A stretch of 64,000 nt of DNA, from positions 603 to 64,602 of the forward strand of contig CAZUWH010000006.1 in the NCBI GenBank assembly GCA_964624075.1, in the 5' to 3' direction. Each line of letters opens with the position of its first letter. Position 1 is the first letter of the stretch. The position numbers and the translations under genes were made by a program. Under the pieces are notes generated by a model. The model saw only the letters and a list, made by a program, of their open reading frames with translations, did no database searches and had not been told where the DNA came from. This DNA is from an uncultured Rhodobacterales bacterium. Its GTDB lineage: Bacteria > Pseudomonadota > Alphaproteobacteria > Rhodospirillales > Rhodospirillaceae. Positions 42,370 to 52,381 of the stretch are shown here, piece after piece.

Positions 42370-42875
42370 GAGGGCACGACGGGCTTCGCCCAGCCTGGGC
42401 GTGCCGATTCTCTCCGCGCGGTGGTTCGATACGCCTTTCGGTGGAGAATCTGGAGACGGAGCAGAGAGTCGTCACGCTGGAACGGCTGGCCGAGTTGTTC
42501 ATTTTTCTGCACAAGACCGGGTCGGTGTGGCGGGAGACGCTGCACGTCGGTGCAGTGTGTGTGGGTGCGCGCCCTGCTGCGGCGTCAGGGCCGGAGCCAC
42601 AGGCGCAGGCATGGTTTTCGGTTGGGGGGAGAACGTACCTTATCAGATATTCTTCTGGCGCCGGCGCAGTCGTGCGCTTCGTTCTCCGGGGAGCATGCAG
42701 GGTATTCCCTTCCTCCATTGGATTTTTTGTCGTTCGTGAACGCTCCTGGGGGTCCATGTTAACGAACCGCGCCATTGGCATATGGCAGTTTGTCACAACG
42801 ATGCGCCAATAATTGCTGTCACGAAAACAACGCAGCCGGGGTTAGAAACCGTTTCAATGACTGGTAAGGAAAAGG

Positions 42876-44078
42876 ATGCAGTCGCATAAGAGCGCAAGTG
42901 CCGACATCAACCGGCCTCGTTCGGTCACCATTCTGGGATCGACGGGATCCATCGGCCGCAACACCATTGATCTGATTGCTCGCGACCCGGGCCGTTTCAA
43001 GGTGGAAGCCTTGGCGGCTAATGCCAATGCCGCTTTGCTGGCTAAGCAGGCACTGGCTCTGCGGCCAGCCTTTGTTGCCGTGGCTGATGCACACGCCTAC
43101 AGGTCGTTGTGTGACCATCTGGCGGGCAGCGGGACTGAGATTGGCGCCGGTCCGGAGGCCGTGATCGAGGCGGCCCGGCGACCGGCTGAATGGGTGGGAG
43201 CGTCCATCGTCGGCGCGGCCGGCCTCCAGCCTACCCTGGCCGCCATTCGCCGCGGAGCGGTGGTGGCCCTAGCCAACAAGGAGACTTTGGTGTGTGCTGG
43301 AGATCTCGTCATGGCTGAAGTAAGACGGAGTGGGGCAACCCTTCTGCCTGTCGATTCGGAGCACAGTGCCATCTTCCAGGTCTTCGATTTCACCCAGAAG
43401 GACAGGATCGAAAAAATCATTCTGACGGCTTCAGGGGGACCGTTCCGCCGTCACGGTCGCGACACCATGGCTGGCATCACGCCGGCCGAAGCCGTTGCCC
43501 ATCCCAACTGGAGCATGGGGGCGAAAATTTCGGTCGATTCTGCGACCATGATGAACAAGGGTCTAGAGATCATCGAGGCACATCATTTTTTTGGCCTTTC
43601 CGAGAGACAGATCGAAGTGCTGGTCCATCCCCAGTCGGTTATCCACTCCATGGTCGCCTATGTGGACGGGTCGGTTCTGGCCCAGATGGGGTCTCCCGAC
43701 ATGCGCACCCCTCTTGCCTTCGCCTTGGGCTGGCCAGCACGGATGCCGGCTCCTGCTCCGCGACTTGACTTGGCCGCCATCGCGACCCTGACTTTCGAGG
43801 CCCCCGATCCGGAGCGTTTTCCTGCCTTGCGGCTGGCCCGGCAGGCCTTGCAAGCGGGCGGTGCCGCGCCTACAATCCTCAACGCCGCAAACGAGATCGC
43901 AGTCCAGAAATTTCTTGCCGGCGAGATCGGTTTCCTCGACATCACCGACATTGTTGCCTATGCCCTTGACAAACTGGCGCCGGCTTTGCCAACCAACCTG
44001 GAAGAGGTCATCGCGGTGGATGCCGAGGCACGGCGGATGGCAAAAGGGTTCGTGCGTACCGCCTCGACGGCCTCGTGA
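42876..44078 (+). CDS. dxr: 1-deoxy-D-xylulose 5-phosphate reductoisomerase
   Basis: ILGSTGSIGRNTIDLI, LANKETLV, DSEHSAIFQ, HPNWSMG. Confidence 0.95.
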   Translation: MQSHKSASADINRPRSVTILGSTGSIGRNTIDLIARDPGRFKVEALAANANAALLAKQALALRPAFVAVADAHAYRSLCDHLAGSGTEIGAGPEAVIEAARRPAEWVGASIVGAAGLQPTLAAIRRGAVVALANKETLVCAGDLVMAEVRRSGATLLPVDSEHSAIFQVFDFTQKDRIEKIILTASGGPFRRHGRDTMAGITPAEAVAHPNWSMGAKISVDSATMMNKGLEIIEAHHFFGLSERQIEVLVHPQSVIHSMVAYVDGSVLAQMGSPDMRTPLAFALGWPARMPAPAPRLDLAAIATLTFEAPDPERFPALRLARQALQAGGAAPTILNAANEIAVQKFLAGEIGFLDITDIVAYALDKLAPALPTNLEEVIAVDAEARRMAKGFVRTASTAS

Positions 44079-44132
44079 GAGGCGTGAGACAGCGAGCCTA
44101 ACATCCAGAGGGTATAAAGGAGCGGTCGGATT

Positions 44133-45284
44133 ATGGATCTGTTGGTGAATCATGCGTCCTCCTTTCTGACCTATGTTCTTCCTTTTCTGATCATCTTGAC
44201 GGTGATCGTGTTTGTGCATGAACTCGGTCACTATTTGGCTGCCCGCCATAATGGCGTGCGGGTGGAGGTGTTCTCGATCGGGTTTGGGCGCGAGCTGTTC
44301 GGCCATACCGACCGGCATGGGACACGCTGGAGGTTCAGTCTGATTCCCCTGGGTGGCTATGTGAAGATGTTCGGCGAGATGGACACCGTCGATGCCGGTG
44401 CCAAGGGGCGGCCGCTGTCGCCGGAGGAACGTGCGGTGTCCTTCCTCCATAAACGACTTGGGCAGCGCGCGGTCATCATCGCCGCGGGACCGGTCATGAA
44501 TTTCGTTTTTGCCGTCCTGATCTTCACCCTTGTTTTCATGACCATGGGAGAGCCCGTCACTCCCCCGGTTATGGGCGAAGTAAAGGCAGGCAGTGCTGCC
44601 GAAGCCGCCGGGGTTCGTTGGGGGGACCGGTTCGTTGCGATCAATGGTCGGGCCATCGAACAATTCGCTGACATTCAACAAGCCGTTCACCTCTCCAATG
44701 GTGCGCCCCTGGAGATACGTCTCGTGCGCGCAGGAGCCGAGCAGGTGATGACCATCGTCCCGCAAATGGCAGAAGGTGTCGATTATCTTGGCAACGTGCG
44801 GCGCATGCCGGTGCTGGGCGTAGGCGTGAATCCTGACGAGCCGACCCGAATCCGTCATCATGGGCCGTTTTCAGCCCTGGTTCAGGCCCTGCACGAAACC
44901 TTCGGGGTGGTCCGTTCCACGTTAGTGGCAGTGGGACAAATGATCGTTGGCGTTAGAGACACCGGTGAAGTGAGCGGGATTTTGCGCATTGCCCATTTTT
45001 CTGGCTTGGCCATGCAGAAAGGCGTTATCATCTTCATCATGTTCATTGCCATTCTGTCGATCAATCTCGGGTTGATAAATCTGTTTCCTATCCCATTCCT
45101 GGACGGGGGGTATTTGTTGTTTTGCGCCATTGAAGGGGTCCGCGGGCGGCCATTGACCGAACGGACGCAGGAATATGGTTTGCGGATCGGTCTCGTCCTG
45201 GTATTCGGCTTGATGTTTTTCGCGACATGGAATGATTTTGTGCAGTTGAAGGTGTGGGATTTTCTCGTCAATCTGGTCTCGTAA
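44133..45284 (+). CDS. rseP: RIP zinc metalloprotease RseP (M50)
   Basis: HELGHYLAAR motif, central PDZ-like segment, LINLFPIPFLDGG. Confidence 0.92.
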   Translation: MDLLVNHASSFLTYVLPFLIILTVIVFVHELGHYLAARHNGVRVEVFSIGFGRELFGHTDRHGTRWRFSLIPLGGYVKMFGEMDTVDAGAKGRPLSPEERAVSFLHKRLGQRAVIIAAGPVMNFVFAVLIFTLVFMTMGEPVTPPVMGEVKAGSAAEAAGVRWGDRFVAINGRAIEQFADIQQAVHLSNGAPLEIRLVRAGAEQVMTIVPQMAEGVDYLGNVRRMPVLGVGVNPDEPTRIRHHGPFSALVQALHETFGVVRSTLVAVGQMIVGVRDTGEVSGILRIAHFSGLAMQKGVIIFIMFIAILSINLGLINLFPIPFLDGGYLLFCAIEGVRGRPLTERTQEYGLRIGLVLVFGLMFFATWNDFVQLKVWDFLVNLVS

Positions 45285-45331
45285 ATTCCCTGCCCCATGG
45301 GCGTGGCAAGGCACAGGGGGAGAGACAAGGA

Positions 45332-47653
45332 ATGGTGGGGGTGGGGGAAGGGGATTTGTCAGATCGCATACGAACGCTGATCTGTGCCGGTGCCATGATG
45401 GTCGGGTTATGGGCAGGAACGGCAGGGTTCCCTATTTCCGCGGCAGCCCAGACAGACGGAACTATCACCCAGATCGTGATCGAGGGGCATCGACGTATCG
45501 AGGTGGAGACGATCCGCTCATACCTGCTGATACAGGAAGGAAGCCCGTTCGACCCTGAACGCATCGACCGCTCGCTGAAGAGTCTGTTCGCCACCAGCCT
45601 GTTCGCCGACGTCACCCTGCAACGCCAGGGCAACCGGCTGATGGTCAAGGTAGTAGAAAATCCCATCATCAACCGCATTGCCTTTGAGGGCAATCTGCGG
45701 CTCAAGGATGAGGTGCTGGAACAGGAAATCCAGATGCGGCCGCGGATGGTTTATACGCGCACCAAGGTACAAAACGATGTACAGCGCCTGATTGATCTCT
45801 ACCGCCGGCGTGGCCGTTTTGCCGCAACCGTCGAGCCCAAGGTCGTTCAGCGGGAACAGAATCGGGTTGATCTGGTCTTTGAAATCACTGAAGGCGAGCC
45901 GACCTACGTTCAGCGGATTAGTTTCGTCGGCAACCGTGCGTATAGTGATTCCACCTTGCGGGAGCTTCTGGCGACCAGGGAGGAGCGGTGGTACAGATTC
46001 CTGACTTCGAACGATACCTATGATCCCGATCGTCTGGCCTATGATCGTGAGCTTCTACGCAGATTCTATCTCCAGCACGGATATATGGATTTTCGGATCG
46101 TGTCGGCGGTTGTCGAGCTGAGCCCCGATCGGGAGGGTTTCTTCATGACCTTCACCATCGAGGAAGGGGCACGGTATCGCTATGGGGATATTACCGTTGA
46201 GGCAAAGCTGCCGGCTTTGCGAGAACGTGATCTATCGGGATTCATCATCGGTACGGAAGGGGACTGGTACAATGCCACCCATGTCGAGGAAAGCATTCAA
46301 AAATTGACCGATGCCGCCGGTGCCATGGGTCATGCGTTCGTGGAAATACGACCGCGGTTGGAACGGGATCGGGAGAAGCGCGTTGTCGATATCACATATG
46401 ATATTGAGGAAGGGCCGCGTGTCTTCATTGAACGGATCGATATTACGGGTAATGCCCGTACCCTTGACAAGGTCATCCGACGCGAGTTCCGGGTGGTGGA
46501 AGGCGATGCCTTCAATACGGCAAAGTTGCGCCGTTCCCGGCAGCGAATCGAGAATCTGGACTTCTTTGAAAAGGTCGAGATCAACAGCGTTCCTTCTGAA
46601 ATTCTGTCCGATCGTACGGTGATCAAGGTCGATGTCGAGGAGAAACCGACCGGTAGCCTGTCGTTCGGAGTCGGGTGGTCCACGACGACCGGCGCAATGA
46701 TGGAAATTGGCCTGCGTGAGCGCAACTTGCTTGGTCGCGGCCAGGATTTGCGCACCGCTTTGACCCTTGGGCAGCGCCGTGTGCAGATAGACTTGAGCTT
46801 CACCGAACCTTACTTCCTTGATCGTGATCTGGCCGCTGGCTTCGATGTTTTTGCCCTGCAACGCAATCTTCAACGGGAAAGTTCTCATGATTCTAGCACC
46901 ATTGGCGGTACATTACGGGTGGGGTTCAGCTACAATGAGTGGTGGCGGCAACAGCTCAGTTACACGGCCAAGCGAGACAAGATCGAAAACGTGAAGGACA
47001 ATGCTTCTGCCCTGATCCGGCAGCAGGAAGGAACGTTCGTCCAGTCTTCTGTAGGCCAGACCATTGTTTATGATACGCGTGACAGTCGCATTCATCCGAC
47101 CGAGGGACATGTGATCCGTCTTAGCAATGACATTGCCGGTTTAGGCGGTAGCGACCAGTTCTTGCGTACCAATCTTGACGCGATCCAGTGTTTTCCCCTT
47201 GGCGAGCAGTGGATCCTGAAGCTCAGTGCCGATGCGGGCTATGTTTTTGGTTTGGGCAAGGACGTCCGTATTGGACAGCGCTATTTTCTGGGCGGTGACA
47301 ACTTGCGTGGTTTTGCCGTAGGGGGAGTCGGTCCCCGTGACAAGACGAGCAAAGATGCCCTGGGCGGCAACTGGCTGGCAGCCGGTACGGTGGAAGTCAT
47401 CTTTCCGCTTGGATTGCCCAAGGAACTAGGCATTGACGGCAAGATGTTCTCTGATTTCGGAACCTTGGGTCCGTTCAACGGTTTGAATCCAGCTCAGGTC
47501 GATAATGCAAGGACGATACGCGCCTCCGTGGGAGCGGGAATAGCCTGGCAATCTCCCATGGGTCCGCTCAGTATCGATGTGGGCTTCCCGGTCAGGAAGG
47601 AGACCTTCGACCGGACAGAGCATTTGCGTTTTAACTTCGGGACGAGGTTCTGA
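45332..47653 (+). CDS. bamA: Outer membrane protein assembly factor BamA
   Basis: POTRA-type repeats (IEGHRRIEVETIRSYL...), beta-barrel, C-terminal RFNFGTRF. ATG 45332 preceded by a GGGGGAGAGACAAGGA Shine-Dalgarno-like stretch. Confidence 0.93.
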   Translation: MVGVGEGDLSDRIRTLICAGAMMVGLWAGTAGFPISAAAQTDGTITQIVIEGHRRIEVETIRSYLLIQEGSPFDPERIDRSLKSLFATSLFADVTLQRQGNRLMVKVVENPIINRIAFEGNLRLKDEVLEQEIQMRPRMVYTRTKVQNDVQRLIDLYRRRGRFAATVEPKVVQREQNRVDLVFEITEGEPTYVQRISFVGNRAYSDSTLRELLATREERWYRFLTSNDTYDPDRLAYDRELLRRFYLQHGYMDFRIVSAVVELSPDREGFFMTFTIEEGARYRYGDITVEAKLPALRERDLSGFIIGTEGDWYNATHVEESIQKLTDAAGAMGHAFVEIRPRLERDREKRVVDITYDIEEGPRVFIERIDITGNARTLDKVIRREFRVVEGDAFNTAKLRRSRQRIENLDFFEKVEINSVPSEILSDRTVIKVDVEEKPTGSLSFGVGWSTTTGAMMEIGLRERNLLGRGQDLRTALTLGQRRVQIDLSFTEPYFLDRDLAAGFDVFALQRNLQRESSHDSSTIGGTLRVGFSYNEWWRQQLSYTAKRDKIENVKDNASALIRQQEGTFVQSSVGQTIVYDTRDSRIHPTEGHVIRLSNDIAGLGGSDQFLRTNLDAIQCFPLGEQWILKLSADAGYVFGLGKDVRIGQRYFLGGDNLRGFAVGGVGPRDKTSKDALGGNWLAAGTVEVIFPLGLPKELGIDGKMFSDFGTLGPFNGLNPAQVDNARTIRASVGAGIAWQSPMGPLSIDVGFPVRKETFDRTEHLRFNFGTRF

Positions 47654-48256
47654 ATGCGTTTCCAGCGTTTCCGAAAGGCAGGGAAGGCTGTGCTGGTTGG
47701 CTGGCTGCTGCTGACGACAAGGGAAGTGGTTGCAGCGCCGGAAGCTGCCTCCGTGATAGTAGGAGTTGTCGATATTCCAAAACTGATGCGGGAATCTTCT
47801 GCTGGCAAGGCCATCCTGGAACAACGGCAGAAATATCTGGCCAATTTCCAGAACGAGACCCGCAAGGAGGAAAAGGAACTGAGCGACGCGGATCGGGAGC
47901 TGGTCCGTCAGAGGACCCTGCTTTCTCCTGAAGCCTTCAGCGAGAAACAGGGAGAATTCCGCAAGCATCTGGTCGAATTCCAGCGCACGGTTGAACAGAG
48001 GCGCCGTAATCTGGATCGTTCTGTTGGCGCAGCCCTGGGAGAGATTGAAAAAAAGATCGTAGAGCTGGTGCAGGCTGCGGCGAAAGAGCGCAGTGTCAAC
48101 ATGGTGTTGTCACAAACACAGGTTTACATGTTCGAGCCACGGTTTGATATAACCGATCCGGTCATGGAGCGTCTCAACAAGACGCTGCCGAAAGTCACCA
48201 TGCAGGACCCCTCGAAAATGCCCCCGCCTGCCGAGGAACACACGACCAAGCGGTAG
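47654..48256 (+). CDS. OmpH/Skp-family periplasmic chaperone
   Basis: Signal peptide and coiled-coil-type sequence. Position between bamA and lpxD. Confidence 0.8.
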   Translation: MRFQRFRKAGKAVLVGWLLLTTREVVAAPEAASVIVGVVDIPKLMRESSAGKAILEQRQKYLANFQNETRKEEKELSDADRELVRQRTLLSPEAFSEKQGEFRKHLVEFQRTVEQRRRNLDRSVGAALGEIEKKIVELVQAAAKERSVNMVLSQTQVYMFEPRFDITDPVMERLNKTLPKVTMQDPSKMPPPAEEHTTKR

Positions 48257-48262
48257 GGAATC

Positions 48263-49300
48263 ATGATAGACTCTCGTTTCTTTGCTTTGGCTGGTCCGTT
48301 TGCGTTGGGAGAGCTTGCCCGCATCGGCGGGGGTGAACTGGGAACGGGAGCCGATCCAGCCCGTCTCGTGCGGGATGTGGCGCCTTTGGAAACCGCCGGG
48401 CCCAATGACATTAGCTTTCTCGACAATTCCAAGTATGTCGCTGCCTTCGTTGCCAGCTGTGCCGGTGCCTGTATCGTGCGGCCGACACTGGCCAACCGGG
48501 CCCTGCCTGCCATGGCCTTACTGTTGACGGCAGAACCCTATCGGGCTTATGCGCTGATCGCACAGGCTTTCCATCCCGAGCCACCACCATCGGCAGGGAT
48601 TGACCCGCAAGCGATCGTCGATCCATCGGCCGGCATTGGGGTGGGGACGGAAGTAGCCGCTGGTGCCGTGATCGGGTCACGGGTGGAGATCGGTAAACGC
48701 TGTCGGATCGCCAGCCAGGCTGTCATCGGTTCCGGAGTTGTTATCGGCAATGATTGCACGATTGGGGTGCATGCATCGTTGTCCCACTGCCTGATCGGTG
48801 ATCGCGTTGTGATTTATCCTGGTGCACGCCTTGGCCAGGATGGTTTCGGTTTTGCCATCAGCCAGGAGGGGTTTGTTAAGGTGCCACAGCTTGGTCGAGT
48901 CATCGTTGGAGATGATGTCGAAATTGGCGCTAATACAACTATAGACCGCGGTTCTGGACCAGATACAATCATAGGCCGGGGATGCAGGATTGATAACCTG
49001 GTTCAGATCGGACACAATGTACAGCTTGGTCAAGGGTGCGTCGTGGTCGCCCAGGTGGGCATTTCCGGTAGCACCAGAGTGGGAGATTTCGCCATGATGG
49101 GCGGACAGGCTGGCCTGACCGGGCACCTGTCCATCGGTGCGGGCGCGCGGATTGGTGCGCAGGCTGGTGTGATGCGTGATGTTGCCGCGGGGATGACGGT
49201 CATGGGCAGCCCAGCCTTGCCGGCACGGGATTATTGGCGGCAGATGGTAAGTCTCGAACAGGTGGCTAGACGCGGCAAGGTTAGGGAATCTGGAAAATAA
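48263..49300 (+). CDS. lpxD: UDP-3-O-acylglucosamine N-acyltransferase
   Basis: Left-handed beta-helix hexapeptide repeats; N-terminal LGELARIGG...[10 protein letters not shown]. Confidence 0.93.
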   Translation: MIDSRFFALAGPFALGELARIGGGELGTGADPARLVRDVAPLETAGPNDISFLDNSKYVAAFVASCAGACIVRPTLANRALPAMALLLTAEPYRAYALIAQAFHPEPPPSAGIDPQAIVDPSAGIGVGTEVAAGAVIGSRVEIGKRCRIASQAVIGSGVVIGNDCTIGVHASLSHCLIGDRVVIYPGARLGQDGFGFAISQEGFVKVPQLGRVIVGDDVEIGANTTIDRGSGPDTIIGRGCRIDNLVQIGHNVQLGQGCVVVAQVGISGSTRVGDFAMMGGQAGLTGHLSIGAGARIGAQAGVMRDVAAGMTVMGSPALPARDYWRQMVSLEQVARRGKVRESGK

Positions 49301-49313
49301 AGGCTGGCAGCGG

Positions 49314-49772
49314 ATGGACACGGCGGTACGACGTGAGATGATTGATATCAATCGGGTCATGCAGATGATCCCGCACCGTTATCCTTTTCTGCTGGTGGAC
49401 CGGGTGATTGATGTAGTGCCAGATGTTAGTGCCGTAGGCATCAAGAACGTCTCGATCAACGAACCTTATTTCCAGGGACATTTCCCGGTCCGCCCTATCA
49501 TGCCTGGTGTCCTGATCATCGAAGCCATGGCCCAGACGGCGGCCGTGCTGGTGGTCGAGACGCTTGGCGAGCAGGCTGAGGGCAAGCTGGTCTATTTTAT
49601 GAGCGTGGATTCGGCTCGTTTTCGCAAGCCCGTCATCCCGGGAGATCGTCTGTTTCTCAATGTTTTCAAGGAACGCCACCGCAGCAATGTATGGAAGTTC
49701 CGGGCTGAAGCGAAAGTAGAAGATTGGCTGGTTGCCGATGCCACCTATACCGCCATGATCATGGAGCGCTAA
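49314..49772 (+). CDS. fabZ: 3-hydroxyacyl-ACP dehydratase FabZ
   Basis: IPHRYPFLLVDRV...EPYFQGHFPVRPIMPGVLIIEAMAQ. Confidence 0.95.
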   Translation: MDTAVRREMIDINRVMQMIPHRYPFLLVDRVIDVVPDVSAVGIKNVSINEPYFQGHFPVRPIMPGVLIIEAMAQTAAVLVVETLGEQAEGKLVYFMSVDSARFRKPVIPGDRLFLNVFKERHRSNVWKFRAEAKVEDWLVADATYTAMIMER

Positions 49773-50572
49773 TGGCAGACATTCACCCCTTCGCTATCGT
49801 CGATCCCGGTGCACGTCTTGGTTTGAGCGTGCGAATTGGTCCCTTCTGTATCGTCGGTCCTGAAGTGGAGCTGGGTCAGAGTGTCGAGCTGACATCCCAT
49901 ATCGTCGTTGCCGGCCGTACGATCATTGGCGATGGTACGCGGGTTTTCCCGTTCGCGTCCCTCGGTCATCAGCCGCAAGACCTGAAATACCAGGGGGAAC
50001 CCTCTTCCCTGATTATTGGCAAAAACAACATCATCCGTGAACATGTGACCATGAATCCCGGCACCAAGGGAGGCGGCATGGTGACATGGGTGGGCGACGA
50101 CTGTCTGTTCATGGTTGGCGTTCATGTTGCCCATGACTGTACCATCCATGACCATGTCATCATGGCCAACAATGTCACCCTGGCTGGCCATGTGAACGTG
50201 GGCGAGTGGGCTATACTGGGGGGATTGTCGGCCGTCCATCAGTTCGTTCGCATCGGCCGTCACGCCATGGTAGGGGGCATGTCGGGCGTGGAAAATGACG
50301 TCGTTCCCTATGGGTCGGTTCTGGGCAACCGGGCCCGGCTGTGTGGGCTCAATATCATCGGATTGAAGCGACGGGAATTCTCGCGCGATGATATTCACAC
50401 CTTGCGCAATGCCTATCGGCTATTGTTTGCACAGAAAGGAACGCTTCAGGAGCGTCTAGCTGATGTTGCTAATCTGTTCAAGGATAACAAGCCGGTCATG
50501 GAAATTGTCGCGTTCATCCGTGCCGACTCCAACCGTGCCATCTGTCAGCCAAAAACAGAAAATGGCTCCTGA
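49772..50572 (+). CDS. lpxA: Acyl-ACP--UDP-N-acetylglucosamine O-acyltransferase
   Basis: MADIHPFAIVDPGARLG..., hexapeptide repeats. ATG overlaps the fabZ stop (TAATG). Confidence 0.93.
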   Translation: MADIHPFAIVDPGARLGLSVRIGPFCIVGPEVELGQSVELTSHIVVAGRTIIGDGTRVFPFASLGHQPQDLKYQGEPSSLIIGKNNIIREHVTMNPGTKGGGMVTWVGDDCLFMVGVHVAHDCTIHDHVIMANNVTLAGHVNVGEWAILGGLSAVHQFVRIGRHAMVGGMSGVENDVVPYGSVLGNRARLCGLNIIGLKRREFSRDDIHTLRNAYRLLFAQKGTLQERLADVANLFKDNKPVMEIVAFIRADSNRAICQPKTENGS

Positions 50573-50743
50573 GATCGGCGCATCTAATGTTTTTTGACAC
50601 CGCAGCCTGTTTATCCGCCAGTCCCAAATGGCCATTCAGGGGAAAGTGGCTGCCAGTCATTAGGATGCGGTCAGACGTTGCGTCTACATCCAACCACCGA
50701 TGTTATACAAAGTGGATTCATCTTTATCGGCAGGTTATTTAAT

Positions 50744-51583
50744 GTGTCCAAGCCGGGGCCTGTTCTTGGTCTGATAGCTGGAAGTGGTCTATTGCCTGTC
50801 CAGGTCGTGGCTTCTTGCCGGGCGAAAGGGCGGCGGGTGTTTGTTTTAGCGCTCAAGGGCCATGCTGACCCGGCATGGGTGTACGCTGTGCCGCATGCCT
50901 GGATTCGGCTAGGGGCTGCTGGTCGCGGCCTTGAAATCCTGCGCCAGAGGGACGTGCGCAAGGTGGTGATGGCCGGGGCCGTTCGTCGCCCCAGCCTGCT
51001 GGAATTGCGGCCGGATCAGCGCACGATGACCTTTCTGGCCAGGATCGGGGTCAGGGCACTGGGGGATGATGGTCTGCTGAGAGCCGTGATCCGGGAATTG
51101 GAGACGGAGGGCTTTCAAATCGTCGGCGTTGAAGAGGTGGTGGGGGGTCTCGTTGCATCGGCCGGTCCTTACGGGAAGTTTGCGCCGGATGAGCAGGCAT
51201 GGACCGATATCCGGCGTGGGGTCGAGGTCGCCCGTCGGCTGGGGGCTATCGATGTCGGCCAGGGGGCAGTTGTGCAACAGGGTCTGGTCCTGGCCGTGGA
51301 GGCCGTGGAAGGTACCGACGCCATGCTGGCCCGATGCCGGAGTCTGATCCGCCAGGGACTAGGTGGCGTACTGGTGAAAGTATGCAAGCCTGGCCAGGAG
51401 CGACGGGCGGATTTGCCGACGATCGGGGTGGCTACTGTTGACAACGCAGCTGCGACGGGCTTGCGCGGCATTGCTGTCGAGGCGGGCGGTGTACTGGTTG
51501 TGAACCGGGCAGCCGTCGCGGAACGGGCCGACCGGCTGGGGTTGTTTGTCATCGGTTTCGATATGGCAAGCCCTCCCCCTTGA
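50744..51583 (+). CDS. lpxI: UDP-2,3-diacylglucosamine pyrophosphatase LpxI (DUF1009)
   Basis: LGLIAGSGLLP..., VVMAGAVRRP, DVGQGAVVQQGLVLAVEAVEGTDAML. Follows lpxA as in Caulobacter. GTG 50744 chosen as start. Confidence 0.85.
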   Translation: MSKPGPVLGLIAGSGLLPVQVVASCRAKGRRVFVLALKGHADPAWVYAVPHAWIRLGAAGRGLEILRQRDVRKVVMAGAVRRPSLLELRPDQRTMTFLARIGVRALGDDGLLRAVIRELETEGFQIVGVEEVVGGLVASAGPYGKFAPDEQAWTDIRRGVEVARRLGAIDVGQGAVVQQGLVLAVEAVEGTDAMLARCRSLIRQGLGGVLVKVCKPGQERRADLPTIGVATVDNAAATGLRGIAVEAGGVLVVNRAAVAERADRLGLFVIGFDMASPPP

Positions 51584-51593
51584 TGGGGGAGGG
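51571..51593 (+). terminator. 9-bp GC hairpin spanning the lpxI stop codon
   Basis: CCCTCCCCC-TTGAT-GGGGGAGGG followed by TT. The TGA stop (51581-51583) lies in the loop. T-tract is weak. Confidence 0.35.
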
Positions 51594-51712
51594 TTGGGTG
51601 GGGGTGAGGTTTCTGTCTGGAACATGTGTCAGCCCGTGCGCCCGATGGCGTGACCACCACGAGCCTCTTCACTGCCGGCCGGATCAGGCCGTCGCAATCA
51701 CCCCCACCCCGA

Positions 51713-51735
51713 CCCCCCCCCCCCCCCCCCCCCCC
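51713..51735. repeat. C23 homopolymer tract
   Basis: 23 consecutive C, counted directly, preceded by CACCCCCACCCCGA. TATGAT at 51741-51746 lies 5 nt downstream; ORF start at 51859. Confidence 0.9.
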
Positions 51736-51858
51736 TCAAGTATGATTTCTATTCGAGATCCGTGCAATTCGAGGGGCTCATGGAGGGGGAAGCGGTATGA
51801 CAGACGCTGCGCGACAATCTTCCGGTTTCACGTTGGATAAACGAAAGGACTCGGTTCC

Positions 51859-52263
51859 ATGGGAATTCTGTACGTTGCATGCAGTGCTGCTTTGAACCAA
51901 TGGGGTGCTGAAGTCGGATTGGGCAGGAACCTGTTCAAGGTCGGTTATGCCGATGTCAGGCCGGAACAGGATCTGACGGGCGTGGCCGGTCAGAACGACT
52001 GGAAGGCGGTGGCCAGCCAGCCGGTGGATGGTTTCGACCTAGCGGTGGCCCTCGCACGACTGGCCCGCAAGGAAAAACTGATAGACCCTGGCTATTACCC
52101 CCACCTTAAGGGGGCGGGCGGGATCGTCAAGGTCAATCTGGTCAACGTGGAAAACAGCCTGCGCGTTCGCCTGGCTCTGGAAAACCGTGATGTGCCTAGG
52201 GACCTGAAAGTCAAGCCGGTCGACAGCGGCGCCTACCTGCTGCGCGCCCTTACCGCTGCCTAA
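51859..52263 (+). CDS. Orphan 134-aa hypothetical protein (weak GIY-YIG/T5orf172-like N-terminus)
   Basis: ATG preceded by AAAGGA at 9 nt. MGILYV...(20 aa)...KVGYA loosely recalls GIY...YIG/KIGxT modules. No confident family. Confidence 0.4.
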   Translation: MGILYVACSAALNQWGAEVGLGRNLFKVGYADVRPEQDLTGVAGQNDWKAVASQPVDGFDLAVALARLARKEKLIDPGYYPHLKGAGGIVKVNLVNVENSLRVRLALENRDVPRDLKVKPVDSGAYLLRALTAA

Positions 52264-52381
52264 AAACAGATGGAGAAAACGTGAGAGAGTCTGCCGTTTT
52301 CCGGGGAGGCAGGCGTTTCATCCGCTACTGTTCGTGGGAAAGACGCCCGCCCTCTCATAAGACTTGCCGGAAACCGTATTA

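Noticed and set aside
42099-42812. 237-aa ORF and overlapping ORFs (42341-42796 minus, 42401-42739, 42421-42762) in the gltA-dxr spacer.
   Set aside because: Several mutually overlapping frames are open at once. The first overlaps the gltA 3' end. No motifs beyond a faint, unconvincing CdsA-like PG..GG stretch. Treated as unassigned DNA.
51580-51840. 86-aa ORF with a poly-proline run.
   Set aside because: The Pro run is simply the translated C23 tract. The ORF overlaps the lpxI stop hairpin and has no start context.
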